DNA of 64,000 bases. It comes from an uncultured Clostridia bacterium (GTDB lineage Bacteria > Bacillota > Clostridia > TANB77 > CAG-508). Of the stretch, positions 19,496-30,598 are shown in pieces. The DNA is taken from the NCBI GenBank assembly GCA_934167225.1, contig CAKPLD010000001.1, positions 2,084-66,083 on the forward strand, written 5' to 3'. The position numbers were made by a program, and so were the translations under genes. Position 1 is the first letter of the stretch, and each line of letters opens with the position of its first letter. The notes beneath the pieces are model-generated. The model saw only the letters and a program-made list of their open reading frames with translations, was not told the DNA's origin and did not search any database.

Positions 19496-20776
19496 ATGAA
19501 AATAGAAAATTACAAAAAAAGAATAGTAGATAAAAAAATAGAACATTATTTAAAATTATTTGGAGCAGTAAGTATTGAAGGACCGAAATATTGTGGAAAA
19601 ACATGGGCTGGAAGATATCATTCTAATAGTGAAATTCTTTTACATAAAACAACAGGAGAGGCATCTAATAATATAGAACTTGCAAAAATTTCGCCTAAAA
19701 TTATTTTAGAAGGAAAAAAACCAAGATTAATTGATGAATGGCAAGAGGCAACTAATTTATGGGATGAAATACGAATTGATGTAGACAAAACAGGTTTAAA
19801 GGGACAATATATTTTAACAGGGTCTTCAACTCCAAATAGAAAAGGAATAGCACATAGTGGAGCAGGAAGATATGGGAAAATTCACTTAAGAACGATGAGT
19901 TTATATGAATCAGGTGATTCTACAGGAGTTATATCGTTAGAAGATATGTGTAATGGTAAATTTGAGGAAAAGGCAACAGGAGAAGTGGATTTGAGAAATT
20001 TAGCTAGATTAATAATTAGAGGAGGATGGCCTGCAAATTTATCTTATTCAGCTAAAGAGTCGGCAGAAGTAATAGAAGAATATATAAACCTAATTATAGA
20101 TGATGATTTATATAAATTAGATGGGATTAATAGAGATAAGCATAAAGTTAGACTCTTATTAAAATCACTAGCGAGAAACGAAAGTACAACAGTATCAAAT
20201 GTGACATTAAAGAAAGATATCAATGAAAAAGAAAATGAAGATATAGATATTGATACAGTAGCATCATATTTAAATGCATTGGACAAATTATTCTTATTAG
20301 ATAATGATGAGCCTTTTTCTACTAATATTCGTTCATCTGTAAGAGTGAAACAATCTGAAAAAAGACATTTTGCAGATCCATCTATAACATGTGCATTATT
20401 AAATATTAAAGACGAAAATAAACTTATAAATGACTTAGAAACCTTTGGATTTTTATTTGAAGCTATGGTCGAAAGAGACCTTAAGATATATGCGGATAGC
20501 TTTAACGCTAAAAGTTATCACTATCAAGATTATCAAGACAAAGAAATAGATAGTGTTATAGAATTAGAAAACGGAAAATGGTGTGCATTTGAAATAAAAT
20601 TAGGAGCACACCAAATTGAAAAAGCTGCAAATGATTTATTGAAGTTAAAGAAACAAATAGCAGATGAAAAAGGAAAAGAACCATCAATTCTTTGTGTAAT
20701 TTGTGGATTAACTAATGCAGCATATAGAAGACCAGACGGGGTTTATGTAGTACCGATTACTGCATTAAAACCATAA
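19496..20776 (+). CDS. AAA-superfamily ATP-binding protein (COG1373-like, AAA plus DUF4143)
   Basis: P-loop IEGPKYCGKTW. 426 aa. Family inferred from overall length and architecture. Confidence 0.6.
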   Translation: MKIENYKKRIVDKKIEHYLKLFGAVSIEGPKYCGKTWAGRYHSNSEILLHKTTGEASNNIELAKISPKIILEGKKPRLIDEWQEATNLWDEIRIDVDKTGLKGQYILTGSSTPNRKGIAHSGAGRYGKIHLRTMSLYESGDSTGVISLEDMCNGKFEEKATGEVDLRNLARLIIRGGWPANLSYSAKESAEVIEEYINLIIDDDLYKLDGINRDKHKVRLLLKSLARNESTTVSNVTLKKDINEKENEDIDIDTVASYLNALDKLFLLDNDEPFSTNIRSSVRVKQSEKRHFADPSITCALLNIKDENKLINDLETFGFLFEAMVERDLKIYADSFNAKSYHYQDYQDKEIDSVIELENGKWCAFEIKLGAHQIEKAANDLLKLKKQIADEKGKEPSILCVICGLTNAAYRRPDGVYVVPITALKP

Positions 20777-20785
20777 ATAATTAAT

Positions 20786-20812
20786 AGGCTGAGCTTTTTG
20801 CTCAGCTATTTC
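20786..20812 (+). terminator. stem-loop after the ATPase gene
   Basis: aggctgagc-ttttt-gctcagct. Confidence 0.45.
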
Positions 20813-20950
20813 TAATTCTCGGCAAGTGTGTTGTTGAAATATATATAAATTGTTATTTTATGTAATCAGTTGTCAAAAGTACATTTAAAAATGAAATGTT
20901 ACAAAAATATTACAAAAAAATTAATTTTATATTACAAAACGAAAAAAATG

Positions 20951-20979
20951 TTGATAAAAAAAATAAAATGATGTAAAAT
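20951..20979 (+). promoter_or_regulatory. sigma-A-type promoter of the Tad-like locus
   Basis: TTGATA, 17-nt spacer, TAAAAT. Upstream are TTACAAAA direct repeats. Confidence 0.45.
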
Positions 20980-21026
20980 GAAAACTGAAATGTGTAAAAA
21001 AAATCAAAATAGAGGAGGAAATCAAA

Positions 21027-22178
21027 ATGGCATCAAATCCAATGCAAAGACAAGCAAGAAATTCATTTTTATTAGGAATAGTGGTAACACTAATAATAGC
21101 GGGAATTATAGTGGTATTCCTATTTATGCAAATGAAAAAATTAAGAGAGGAAGTAGACCAAGAAAGAGCATCAAATGTAGACGTATGGGTATTAAATCAA
21201 GACGTAAAATCTGGGCAAGTAATAACAGCAGACTTATTTGCTAAGAAAACAGTAAAATCAAATGGAGTACCTGCAAATGCAACAGATGGGGAGATAGCTA
21301 CTATGTTATCAGGATATGCATTATGTGATAAAGCAGGAAATGATATAAATACAGATTCCGACGGAAAATTATATATGAATGGAGAAAACGGAGCAAAAAC
21401 CACAGTTAATATAGAAGATGCAACAGGAAAATATTATACACAAGCTGCAAATGGAACAAAAACATATATAGAAACAACAACAAAACCATTAATAGCTAAA
21501 GTAGATATGAAAGCAAACACAGTACTTGCACAATCTTTTATAGCAAAATCTGACGATATAGACACAGATGATGTAAGAGTACAAGAATACAACTCAATAG
21601 TATTACCAGTTGACTTATTTACAGATGACTATGTAGATATAAGACTATTATTACCAAGTGGCCAAGATTACATAGTTACATCAAAGAAAAAAGTTACAGT
21701 ACCAGATGTAAATGGAGAATACTTAGCAGATACAATACAAATGAAAATGTCAGAAGACGAAATACTTTCAATGTCAAATGCTATAGTAGAAGCATATAAA
21801 ATAGATGGAGCAAAACTATATGCTACAAAATACACAGATGCAGGAATGCAAGAAGCTTCAACACCAACATATGTTGTAAATGATGTTGTAGCAAAATTAA
21901 TAGAAGCAGATCCAAATATTGTATCAACAGCAATGGCAGCTTTAAGTGCTAGATATAATGCAAATAATGGAGCTTTAAAAGCACAAAGAAGCCAAGGAAT
22001 AAACAGCGAGCTATCAAACCACGGAAATGATGAAAGTGTAACCACAAAAATGGAAGAAAGTATAACATCTACAAAAGAGTCAAGACAACAATACTTACAA
22101 TCATTAACAGGTACAGGTGCAGCTTCGACAGGAACAACTTCAAGTTCAACATCAGCAGGAACAAATTCGACTAACTAA
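21027..22178 (+). CDS. CpaB/RcpC-like pilus assembly protein
   Basis: N-terminal TM. A SAF-like segment VWVLNQDVKSGQVITADLF. Ser/Thr-rich C-terminal tail. First gene of the locus. Confidence 0.45.
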   Translation: MASNPMQRQARNSFLLGIVVTLIIAGIIVVFLFMQMKKLREEVDQERASNVDVWVLNQDVKSGQVITADLFAKKTVKSNGVPANATDGEIATMLSGYALCDKAGNDINTDSDGKLYMNGENGAKTTVNIEDATGKYYTQAANGTKTYIETTTKPLIAKVDMKANTVLAQSFIAKSDDIDTDDVRVQEYNSIVLPVDLFTDDYVDIRLLLPSGQDYIVTSKKKVTVPDVNGEYLADTIQMKMSEDEILSMSNAIVEAYKIDGAKLYATKYTDAGMQEASTPTYVVNDVVAKLIEADPNIVSTAMAALSARYNANNGALKAQRSQGINSELSNHGNDESVTTKMEESITSTKESRQQYLQSLTGTGAASTGTTSSSTSAGTNSTN

Positions 22179-22204
22179 TAAAGAAAGTAGAGAAAGGATT
22201 TTAT

Positions 22205-22924
22205 ATGAAAAAGATAGGATTTATGGGTGCATATGATAAGGCAAATTTCATCACATATGTTGCAAAAATATTAGAATTACTAGGTAACAAGGTTTTAGTA
22301 GTGGATGCAAGTAGTATACAAAAAATTAAATATATAATACCAACTATAAATCCTACTAAATCATATATAACTTCATTTGAAAATATAGACTTTGCAGTAG
22401 GATTTGATGATTGGAATGAAATAGAAAAATATTTAGGAATTAGATTTGATTCAAATGATAACGAAAATGAAAGAGACAATAAAATAAGTAAAGAAATATA
22501 TGACTATGTTTTAATAGATGTAGACACAAGTGAAAAATTAGAAGGTTTTGAATTAGAAATAGCTGAAAAAAAATATTTTGTAACTTCATTTGACATGTTC
22601 TCTTTAAAAAAAGGAATGAGTATATTTAGAAACATAGTAAGACCAATAAACTTAACCAAAATAGAATTTTCGTATGAAGCATCTAAGGAAGATGAGGAGT
22701 ACCTAAATTACATATCATTAGACTACAGAATAAATTGGAGCAATTATGTATTATATTTTCAAATATTAGGGGATGACAACAAAGTATTTGAGGAGAATCA
22801 ACGAATTGAAAGAATAAGATTTAGAAGACTTAGCATAAATTACAAAGAATCACTAGCATATGTAGTTCAAGATATATGCAAAGACGAAAATATTAGCAAA
22901 ATCAAAAGAACAATGAAGGATTAG
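22205..22924 (+). CDS. ParA/MinD-fold protein with a degenerate P-loop (TadZ/CpaE-like pseudo-ATPase)
   Basis: IGFMGAYDKANFITYVAKILELLGNKVLVVDAS occupies the position of the GKGGVGKT...VLLVD motif. Confidence 0.35.
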   Translation: MKKIGFMGAYDKANFITYVAKILELLGNKVLVVDASSIQKIKYIIPTINPTKSYITSFENIDFAVGFDDWNEIEKYLGIRFDSNDNENERDNKISKEIYDYVLIDVDTSEKLEGFELEIAEKKYFVTSFDMFSLKKGMSIFRNIVRPINLTKIEFSYEASKEDEEYLNYISLDYRINWSNYVLYFQILGDDNKVFEENQRIERIRFRRLSINYKESLAYVVQDICKDENISKIKRTMKD

Positions 22925-22935
22925 AGGAGGAAAAT

Positions 22936-23779
22936 ATGTCAATAGTTACTTTTTGGAATGGTACACACGAACAGGTACGGAACAACATCAAGCAGTATAG
23001 CATTTGCCACCAATTTGGCAATAAGACATAACATCAAAGTTTTACTAGTTTCGACATCTCTAAACGATAATCTAATGCAAGAAAGTTTTTGGCCAGAAAG
23101 AAAAAAATCTACATTTTCTTTATTTGGTGGAAAAGTAGGTGCTGGTGCACTTGAAACAAGCGGAATAGTTGGCTTAGATAGAATGCTAAGAGCAAATAAA
23201 CTAACACCAGATATAATAACAGATTATGCAAAAATAGTTCTAACAAATAGACTAGAAATACTATTAGGTGTTGAAAAAGACCAAGAACAATATGATCAAA
23301 TAAAACAAAAATATGCTCAAATAATTACAATGGCTGGAAAATATTATGACATGGTTATAGTAGATTTAGACAAAAAACTTGGAAGCAAAGTTACAATGGA
23401 AATATTAAATGCATCAGACATAGTAATAACATTAGTATCTCAAAGAGCAAAAGATATTGAAGATATACAAAAAATGATAAAAACAGGTCCAGCGTTAAAC
23501 GAAAGAAACACAATCATGGCAATTGGAAAATATATGGATTTATCAAAATATAATGCGAAAAATATAACAAGAAATTTATTAAGAAGAAAAGAGCTGATAA
23601 ATACAATTCCATATAATAACTTATTTTTCGAATCATCACAAGAAGGAACAGTAATAGACCTATTTTTAAATTTTATGAGATTAAAAGAAAAAGATACAAA
23701 TTACAACTTTATATATGAACTGAACAGATTAAATGATGTAATAAAAGAAAAAATAAAAGAACTACAAACAATACAATAA
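22936..23779 (+). CDS. second ParA/MinD-fold TadZ/CpaE-like protein; frame broken at about 22978 by a single-C insertion
   Basis: RBS gaggagg then ATG at 22936. Removing the c in gtaCgga gives MSIVTFWNGTHEQVGTTSSSIAFATNLAIRHNIKVLLVSTS, joined to ORF 22958..23779. Confidence 0.45.
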
Positions 23780-23865
23780 AATATCCAAATTGTATAAGTT
23801 ATAAGCTTATAGTAGAAAGGAGGAAACTTTTATTAAAACAAAATTAATAAAAGTGAGGAAAAATA

Positions 23866-25843
23866 ATGACAATAGTAAATCTAATGCTAATAGTAGCAGT
23901 CATAGCAATAGCGGGATTGATGATATTTTACTATATTAAAGCCCAGAAAAATGCCGAAGTCGTAACCAAAATGGACGTAGATGACCAAACATACACATTA
24001 GGCAAAATGATAGAATTCGTAAAAAGAAGACTAGACGAAATAACAAAAATAAACTTATATGATATTGGTTTATCAGAAGAAGAGCTAAAAAGAAGAAAAA
24101 GCAAAAAGTACGAACTAAAAAAGGCTTTAAAGGGATGTACATATGGTGACGTAAATGATAAAAAATATGTTAAAGAATTAATCTTTGACTTATTATCAAA
24201 AGAATATGGAGTTACAGAAATGAATATATCAAAGGCAATTCCTTTTGATATACCTTCTGTTCTTACATCTCAGGACAAATTTGATATATTAATATATATC
24301 TATAAAAAAGAGTTTGGATATGAAGCATTAAGTGAATTAATTAGAAAATACAAATTAGATGATTTTAAATACATACAAGGAGAAACAAAGCCATGTTATG
24401 TAATTACAGAAGACGAAATTTCCGAAATATTTGAAAAGGAAAATATAGTTTTATCATTTAATGACAAATTAAGTATTGTTGTTCAAAGAATATACCAACA
24501 ATACAAAGGATACTCAAGTATAGATGAAATAAGAGACATGAACATAGATGGTGTATCTGGTGGTGTATCTGGACTTCCAGAAAGCTTTATAAGCCAAGTT
24601 GCACAAACAGATTCAGCAGACTATTTATCACAAATACAAGAACACAAAGTTCAACGTGCATGTGATAGTATATGGATAATGTTTCATGGTAAATCAATAC
24701 GTTTAGCATTTTTATCATTCGGAACAGAAGCAGAGCTAAAAAGGGTATGTCAAAATATATATAAATATAACAACCCAGGACAATTATCAGACACAAATGG
24801 ATATAAAATTAATGAAATGAAAGACGGTTCTCGTGTCGTTGTTGTAAGACCTTCAATGTCAGAAACATGGGCATTCTTCGTAAGAAAATTCGACGTTAAG
24901 CGTGCTACACTAGAACAAATAGTTTTATATCCAGGAAAAGAAGACACAATTGCACTTTTAAAATATTTAGTAAAAGGTGCAAGAATTATATCACTAACTG
25001 GTGAACAAGGTTGCCGGAAAGACAACAATGCTTATGGCAATGATTGAAAACATATATGAAACAATGAACTTACGTATTACAGAAACGGCGTTCGAGTTAC
25101 ACTTAAGAAAAATTTACCCAACACGAAACATCGTATCAATGCGTGAAACAGACACAATAGCAGGTCAAGAGTGTTTGGACGTTCAAAAGAAAACAGATGG
25201 TTCTGTTAACATCATCGGTGAGGTTGCAACAGACCCCGTAGCATCTTGGATGATACAATCAGCCCAAGTTGCATCTAAATTTACATTATTTACTCACCAT
25301 GCTAAAACATTTCCAGATTTAGTAACAGCCCTTCGTAACTCAATGTTAAGAGCTGGAGTTTTCAGAAATGAAAAAACAGCAGAAGAGCAAGTTGTACAAG
25401 TACTAAATTTCGACATTCACTTAGTAAAAGACTATAGAGGAAATCGTTATATAGAAAGAATAACAGAATGTATACCAGTAGAAAACAAAAATGAATATAC
25501 ATTTGATCACAGAAACGAAAAAACATTAGAAGGAAAATTCGATAAATTTTTCGATAATGCAACACACTACTTCATGAAAACAACAGACAAACAATTATAT
25601 ATATACAGAAACATATTAGAATATGTTGATGGAGAATATATAATAACAAACAAAATATCAGACAAAAACATAAGAGAAATGAGACTAAATATGACAGATG
25701 CCGATGCGGAAGAATTTGACGACTTTGTTGCAAGACACTGGGGAAAAGAAAGTGTATACAGAATGGAAGAAGAAAGAAAACAAAAATCAAAAATTTCAGC
25801 TGGAGCAAGCAAAAGAACAAGAAAAACTAAAACTACTGAGTAA
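23866..25843 (+). CDS. cpaF: CpaF/TadA (VirB11-family) secretion ATPase with an N-terminal TM helix; frame broken at about 25015 by a 1-nt insertion
   Basis: After repair, Walker A is GEQGCGKTTMLMAMIEN. Asp box RITETAFELHL. His box FTLFTHHAKT. N-terminus LMLIVAVIAIAGLMIFYYI. Repair joins ORFs 23866..25047 and 25001..25843. Confidence 0.75.
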
Positions 25844-25859
25844 GGAGGTGTAGGTCATA

Positions 25860-27926
25860 ATGTCAAATAATACGTTGCTTTACTTAATATATATTATTGG
25901 TGGCATTTTCGTATTTATTGTTATAGCATATCTAGTGCTAAGCAAACAAATGGGAAAAAGTGAATATCAAAAAATAAAAAAATTAAGACAAGGAACAGAA
26001 ACAAATAAGTTTTCACTAGAAATACTTTACCAAAAATTATACATAACATATTCAAGAATTCCATTTATAAAATCCTACATCTTAAAACTAAGAAGAAGGC
26101 TAGAAATTATAAATGTAGATGATGAATATGCAACACGTAGAGATTCTGCAAAAATATTATCAAAAACATTATTAGTACTAATTCCAATAATGACATTATC
26201 GATAATATTAACACACACAAACTACTTGTTACTATCTATAATATTAATATTCGAAATATTTATGATGGACAGCTTTATAGATGGAATGGTTGATAAAATA
26301 GATAATACACTACTTAAAGAGCAATTAGATTTCTTTGCAGAAATAAGACATGCTTACCACGAATTTAACATGGTAGAAGAAGCAATATACCAAATATCAC
26401 AAGATGACGAAAAAAGCATATCTAAACAAGGTGACAAAATATATGAAGTACTAATTGCCAATGATCCAGAAATGGAACTAGAAAAATATTATGATATTGC
26501 GCCAAACCCATATTTAAAGGAATTTGCAGGGGTATCATACTTAACAAAAGAATTTGGAGATAGAAAAGTAGATAAAACATCACTATACTTAAAAAACGTA
26601 AATAACATAACAGAAGAAATGCAAATAGAAATATTAAAAAGAGATAAAATAGACTATGTGTTCCAAAGTTTATCAATAATCTCAATAGTACCAGTATTAG
26701 GACTAGAGCCATTAAAAAATTGGTCAATAGACAATTTTAGTTTCACACAAAACTTTTATTGTGGAAAAGGTGGAATGTTAGTACAAATACTTGTAATATT
26801 ACTAACAGTAATATGTTACTTACTTTTAAGAAAAATAAAAAATAATGGATCAACAGACAAAAGCACACAAAACACACAAAATCCATGGCAAGCAAAAGTA
26901 TATAAAAACCCAATTGGTAAAAAAATTGTCGATTTATTTATACCAAAAAAGGGAACAAAAGATTATATAAAAACACAAAAATTACTAAAAGATTCTGCCT
27001 CAAAACTGAAAATGGAATGGCTGTATGTAAACAGAATAACAATTGCAATTGTAACATTTATTGTATCATTATTCTTATTTGTTCAGTTACACGCAACAGC
27101 GGTAAACTGGATTTACACAGAGCCTACAACCGACTATGACATAATGGGAGGAGTTACAGGAGCAGAACTAGAAAAGGCAAAAGCCTTAACAGAAAGTGAT
27201 AACAAATTTTTGGATATGTTTAGAGGAAACACAAAAACAACTGTAAACGATATTCAAAAAGTAATGACAAGATCAAAAGATTATGCAGACAGCACAGATG
27301 AAGAAATTCAAACAGCAGCACAGAGAGTATACGAAAAATTACAAAAAGTAAATAAAGAATACTTAGGTTGGTTTGAAGTTTTATTATCAGTAATATTTAT
27401 GATAATTGCATATATGTCTCCAATATGGATAATGTGGTTCCAATTAAAAATGAGACAAATGGAAATGGAAGACGAAGTAATGCAGTTCCAAACAATTATC
27501 TTAATGCTTATGAGAATAGAGCGTGTAAATGTTGAAATAATTCTAGAATGGCTAGAACGTTATGCAAACATATTTAAAGAACCAATATCAAGATGTGTTA
27601 ACAACTACGAATCAGGTGCATGGGAGGCTTTGGAAGCTCTTAAAAACGAAACAAATTATCAACAATTTATAAGAATAGTAGAAAGCTTACAAGCAGCGGT
27701 TGAAAAAATACCAATTAGAGATGCATTTGATGAATTAGACTCAGATAGAGATTATTACCAAGCAAAAAGACGTGAATCAAATGACAGATTAATTGCTAAA
27801 AAAGCCAGAATTGGTAAATTTATTGGATTTGCACCAATGGTAGTAATGTTTGTTGGATACTTGATTGTACCACTAGTATTTATAGGTTTAACAAGTATGT
27901 CAAGTTCGATGGCAAGTTTAAAATAA
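25860..27926 (+). CDS. polytopic inner-membrane platform protein, TadB/TadC (GspF)-like, apparently fused (688 aa)
   Basis: TM helices at the N-terminus, the centre and the C-terminus, separated by cytoplasmic helical domains. Position directly after the CpaF-like ATPase. Confidence 0.4.
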   Translation: MSNNTLLYLIYIIGGIFVFIVIAYLVLSKQMGKSEYQKIKKLRQGTETNKFSLEILYQKLYITYSRIPFIKSYILKLRRRLEIINVDDEYATRRDSAKILSKTLLVLIPIMTLSIILTHTNYLLLSIILIFEIFMMDSFIDGMVDKIDNTLLKEQLDFFAEIRHAYHEFNMVEEAIYQISQDDEKSISKQGDKIYEVLIANDPEMELEKYYDIAPNPYLKEFAGVSYLTKEFGDRKVDKTSLYLKNVNNITEEMQIEILKRDKIDYVFQSLSIISIVPVLGLEPLKNWSIDNFSFTQNFYCGKGGMLVQILVILLTVICYLLLRKIKNNGSTDKSTQNTQNPWQAKVYKNPIGKKIVDLFIPKKGTKDYIKTQKLLKDSASKLKMEWLYVNRITIAIVTFIVSLFLFVQLHATAVNWIYTEPTTDYDIMGGVTGAELEKAKALTESDNKFLDMFRGNTKTTVNDIQKVMTRSKDYADSTDEEIQTAAQRVYEKLQKVNKEYLGWFEVLLSVIFMIIAYMSPIWIMWFQLKMRQMEMEDEVMQFQTIILMLMRIERVNVEIILEWLERYANIFKEPISRCVNNYESGAWEALEALKNETNYQQFIRIVESLQAAVEKIPIRDAFDELDSDRDYYQAKRRESNDRLIAKKARIGKFIGFAPMVVMFVGYLIVPLVFIGLTSMSSSMASLK

Positions 27927-27941
27927 TGGAGGTGAGATATT

Positions 27942-28670
27942 TTGGAAAATGCATCAAAAGCACTAATAATGGCAGGTGGAATGTTACTTGCAATACTTAT
28001 TATATCACTACTAATATATGCGTGGAGTTTATTTTCAAAATATCAAGCTTCCCAAGATTCTCTTTCAGAAATAGAAGATGTTTCAAAATTTAATGAGCAA
28101 TTTGCTAATTACGAACGAGACGAAATTCAGGGATACGAAATACTTAGCTTGGTAAATAAAGTTATAGATTATAATTATAGAAAATCTAATGCTGGTGGTG
28201 CGAAAAATGATGAAAAATATACTCCAATTACTCTTATAATAAATTTAGATGGTAAACAAAATACATTGACTCCAGATGGAACCGTAAGACTTTTTGGAAC
28301 ATCAACATATACACAAAGTGCTGTTTCAAATGCATTTTCAGACATTTTAAAAGAAACAGGAAAGATAGAAGCACGTTATGGTGGAGTAGATAGTGCAACA
28401 AAAATAGCAAAAGGATTTGAGTCTATGAAAGCACTTAATGATGATGCTGCTATAAAAAGATTTAAATCATATTGTACTAATGCAACCATATCTTCGAGAA
28501 TAACTACCAAGGATGATGTACTTGGAGAACGAGAAAATGCCTATAAATATTGGGAATATATACAATTTAAAAAGGGAATATTTAACTTTGTTTCGAGTCC
28601 TGATGAATATGATAAAACATCTGGAAGAATTGTAAAAATGAATTTTATATTTACTGGATACTTTAATTAA
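27942..28670 (+). CDS. MENASKALI-family protein 1 (242 aa); candidate prepilin-like subunit
   Basis: TTG start after RBS ggaggtgag. N-terminus MENASKALIMAGGMLLAILIISLLIY, then a soluble domain. Confidence 0.5.
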   Translation: MENASKALIMAGGMLLAILIISLLIYAWSLFSKYQASQDSLSEIEDVSKFNEQFANYERDEIQGYEILSLVNKVIDYNYRKSNAGGAKNDEKYTPITLIINLDGKQNTLTPDGTVRLFGTSTYTQSAVSNAFSDILKETGKIEARYGGVDSATKIAKGFESMKALNDDAAIKRFKSYCTNATISSRITTKDDVLGERENAYKYWEYIQFKKGIFNFVSSPDEYDKTSGRIVKMNFIFTGYFN

Positions 28671-28682
28671 AAGGAGTAAAAC

Positions 28683-29135
28683 ATGGAAAATGCATCAAAA
28701 GCCTTAATAATATCAGCAGGAGTGCTTATTGCAATACTATTGTTAACATTGTTTTCGTATTTATTTATGAAAATGTCATCATCAACTTCAGAGGTATATG
28801 ACATGATGAGCAAACATGAAAAAGACGAATTTAATCAACAGTTTTTTAATTACGAAGGAAGAGGAATAAGAACAAACGCTGACCCTCTTACACCGCAAGA
28901 AGTTGCGACTCTAATAAATTTAGCACAAGATAGTAAAGAAAAAACTAAGTTTTCAGCAAATGTTGCAATTATGCTAGGAAGTGAAAATCTAACAAACCAA
29001 GCATCAGCAAGTGAATGGCTAGCTAAACAAATGCAAAACTCAGCAGACAAGGACAAAAGATATGACTGCGAAAGTGTAACAATTGATCAAACAACATTAT
29101 TAGTAAACAAGGTAACACTTAAGGTGCACTCATAA
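28683..29135 (+). CDS. MENASKALI-family protein 2 (150 aa)
   Basis: MENASKALIISAGVLIAILLLTLFSY. Strong RBS. Confidence 0.5.
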   Translation: MENASKALIISAGVLIAILLLTLFSYLFMKMSSSTSEVYDMMSKHEKDEFNQQFFNYEGRGIRTNADPLTPQEVATLINLAQDSKEKTKFSANVAIMLGSENLTNQASASEWLAKQMQNSADKDKRYDCESVTIDQTTLLVNKVTLKVHS

Positions 29136-29162
29136 ATTTATAAAACAAAAAGGAATGAAAAT

Positions 29163-29594
29163 ATGAATAAAACATTTATATTTATTGTATGTATACTAAT
29201 TATTATATTATCTATATTTGGAATGAAATATTTAGATTATAAAGATGAAAATGCCAAAATAAAGCAGGAAAATCTTGAATATGAAGTATATCTAAATAAA
29301 GAAGTTTCTGGTAGAGATCTTACAACAGCAATAAATAGAGCAATAAATAGTAATGATAAGAATAAAGTATCTAAAGATGAAAATGGAATGTATATTGAAA
29401 ATAATACAAATTCAATAAAAATTGAAATTAAAATTTTAGATAATGATACTACTTATCAAATGGAAACCCTTTATAATGGAGGAATGGTAGATTTTATTCA
29501 ATATTATGGCGATATTTCTTTTGAATGTACTCAAATTGATTACAATGAAAAAGGTTGTGTAAGCCATATGGTTTTTGAACAAAAATCTAGTTAA
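29163..29594 (+). CDS. small N-terminally membrane-anchored protein (143 aa)
   Basis: MNKTFIFIVCILIIILSIFG signal-anchor. Located within the pilin-like gene block. Confidence 0.45.
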   Translation: MNKTFIFIVCILIIILSIFGMKYLDYKDENAKIKQENLEYEVYLNKEVSGRDLTTAINRAINSNDKNKVSKDENGMYIENNTNSIKIEIKILDNDTTYQMETLYNGGMVDFIQYYGDISFECTQIDYNEKGCVSHMVFEQKSS

Positions 29595-29692
29595 ATTTAG
29601 TTATTAATATTAGATGAGATTGATTGTCCATAAGATTGATTTTGTCTAGGTAAATAAAATAATATATATATAAAATAAAGGAGGAATTTATT

Positions 29693-30115
29693 ATGGAAAA
29701 CGCTTCAAAAGCTTTAATTATAGCAGGTGCTATACTATTATCAATTTTAATTATATCATTGGGTATCATGGTATATAATAATGCAAAAAATACTGTAGGA
29801 AGTGCAAATTTAAGTAAGCAGGAGATTCAAACTTTTAACTCTCAATTTGAAAATTATGAGGGAAGCAATAAAACTGCTAGTGAAATTAGAACTATGTATC
29901 AAGCTGTTATTGCTAGTAATGCTTCTGAAACTAAATCAGGAACATCTAGAAAGGTTTCAATTACTGGTTCAGATACTGCTGCTTGCGGAACTCCAAACAC
30001 TACTTTACAAACAGCACCAACATCAACACCAACAGTATCAAATGCAAATACATATACAGTAAAATTGGGATACTCAACAGATGGATTAGTTGTAGATATA
30101 GCATGGGGTAAATAA
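29693..30115 (+). CDS. MENASKALI-family protein 3 (140 aa)
   Basis: MENASKALIIAGAILLSILIISLGIMVY. Thr/Ser-rich C-terminus. Confidence 0.5.
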   Translation: MENASKALIIAGAILLSILIISLGIMVYNNAKNTVGSANLSKQEIQTFNSQFENYEGSNKTASEIRTMYQAVIASNASETKSGTSRKVSITGSDTAACGTPNTTLQTAPTSTPTVSNANTYTVKLGYSTDGLVVDIAWGK

Positions 30116-30139
30116 ACCTTAATTGAAAGGAATTATATT

Positions 30140-30577
30140 ATGGAGAATGCGTCAAAAGCTTTGATTATGGCTGGTGCAATATTAATAGCAATATTAATAA
30201 TTTCGCTAGGTGTATATGTTTTTAACAATATGAGTAGTACTGCTAAAAATTCTGCAAATATGGATAAGCAAGAAATTTCTAATTTCAACTCAAAAATAAC
30301 ACCATATTTAGGAGAAAATGTAACAGGAACACAGGTCAACTCATTAATACAATTGGTAATATCAATAGATAATGCCGCTGTAAGTTCAAATGGGAACATA
30401 AATAAAAAAATTGACATTACTTTTCCAGGTGGTTCAATAACTGTTAACGGAACAACTGTTAATGGAATAAATGGAACTAAAAGAGTAGAAACAGGACCTA
30501 ATAAAACATATAAAGTTAAAGAAACATACAATAATTCAACAGGATTAATAAATGCAATTGAAGTTACAGCAAATTAA
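30140..30577 (+). CDS. MENASKALI-family protein 4 (145 aa)
   Basis: MENASKALIMAGAILIAILIISLGVYVF. Confidence 0.5.
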   Translation: MENASKALIMAGAILIAILIISLGVYVFNNMSSTAKNSANMDKQEISNFNSKITPYLGENVTGTQVNSLIQLVISIDNAAVSSNGNINKKIDITFPGGSITVNGTTVNGINGTKRVETGPNKTYKVKETYNNSTGLINAIEVTAN

Positions 30578-30598
30578 AAAAAGAAAGGAGATATACAA

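Noticed and set aside
20978-21244. 88-aa ORF overlapping the start of the CpaB-like gene.
   Set aside because: It is in a different frame from the RBS-supported 21027 start. Its Lys/Arg/Asn-rich product is a typical out-of-frame artifact.
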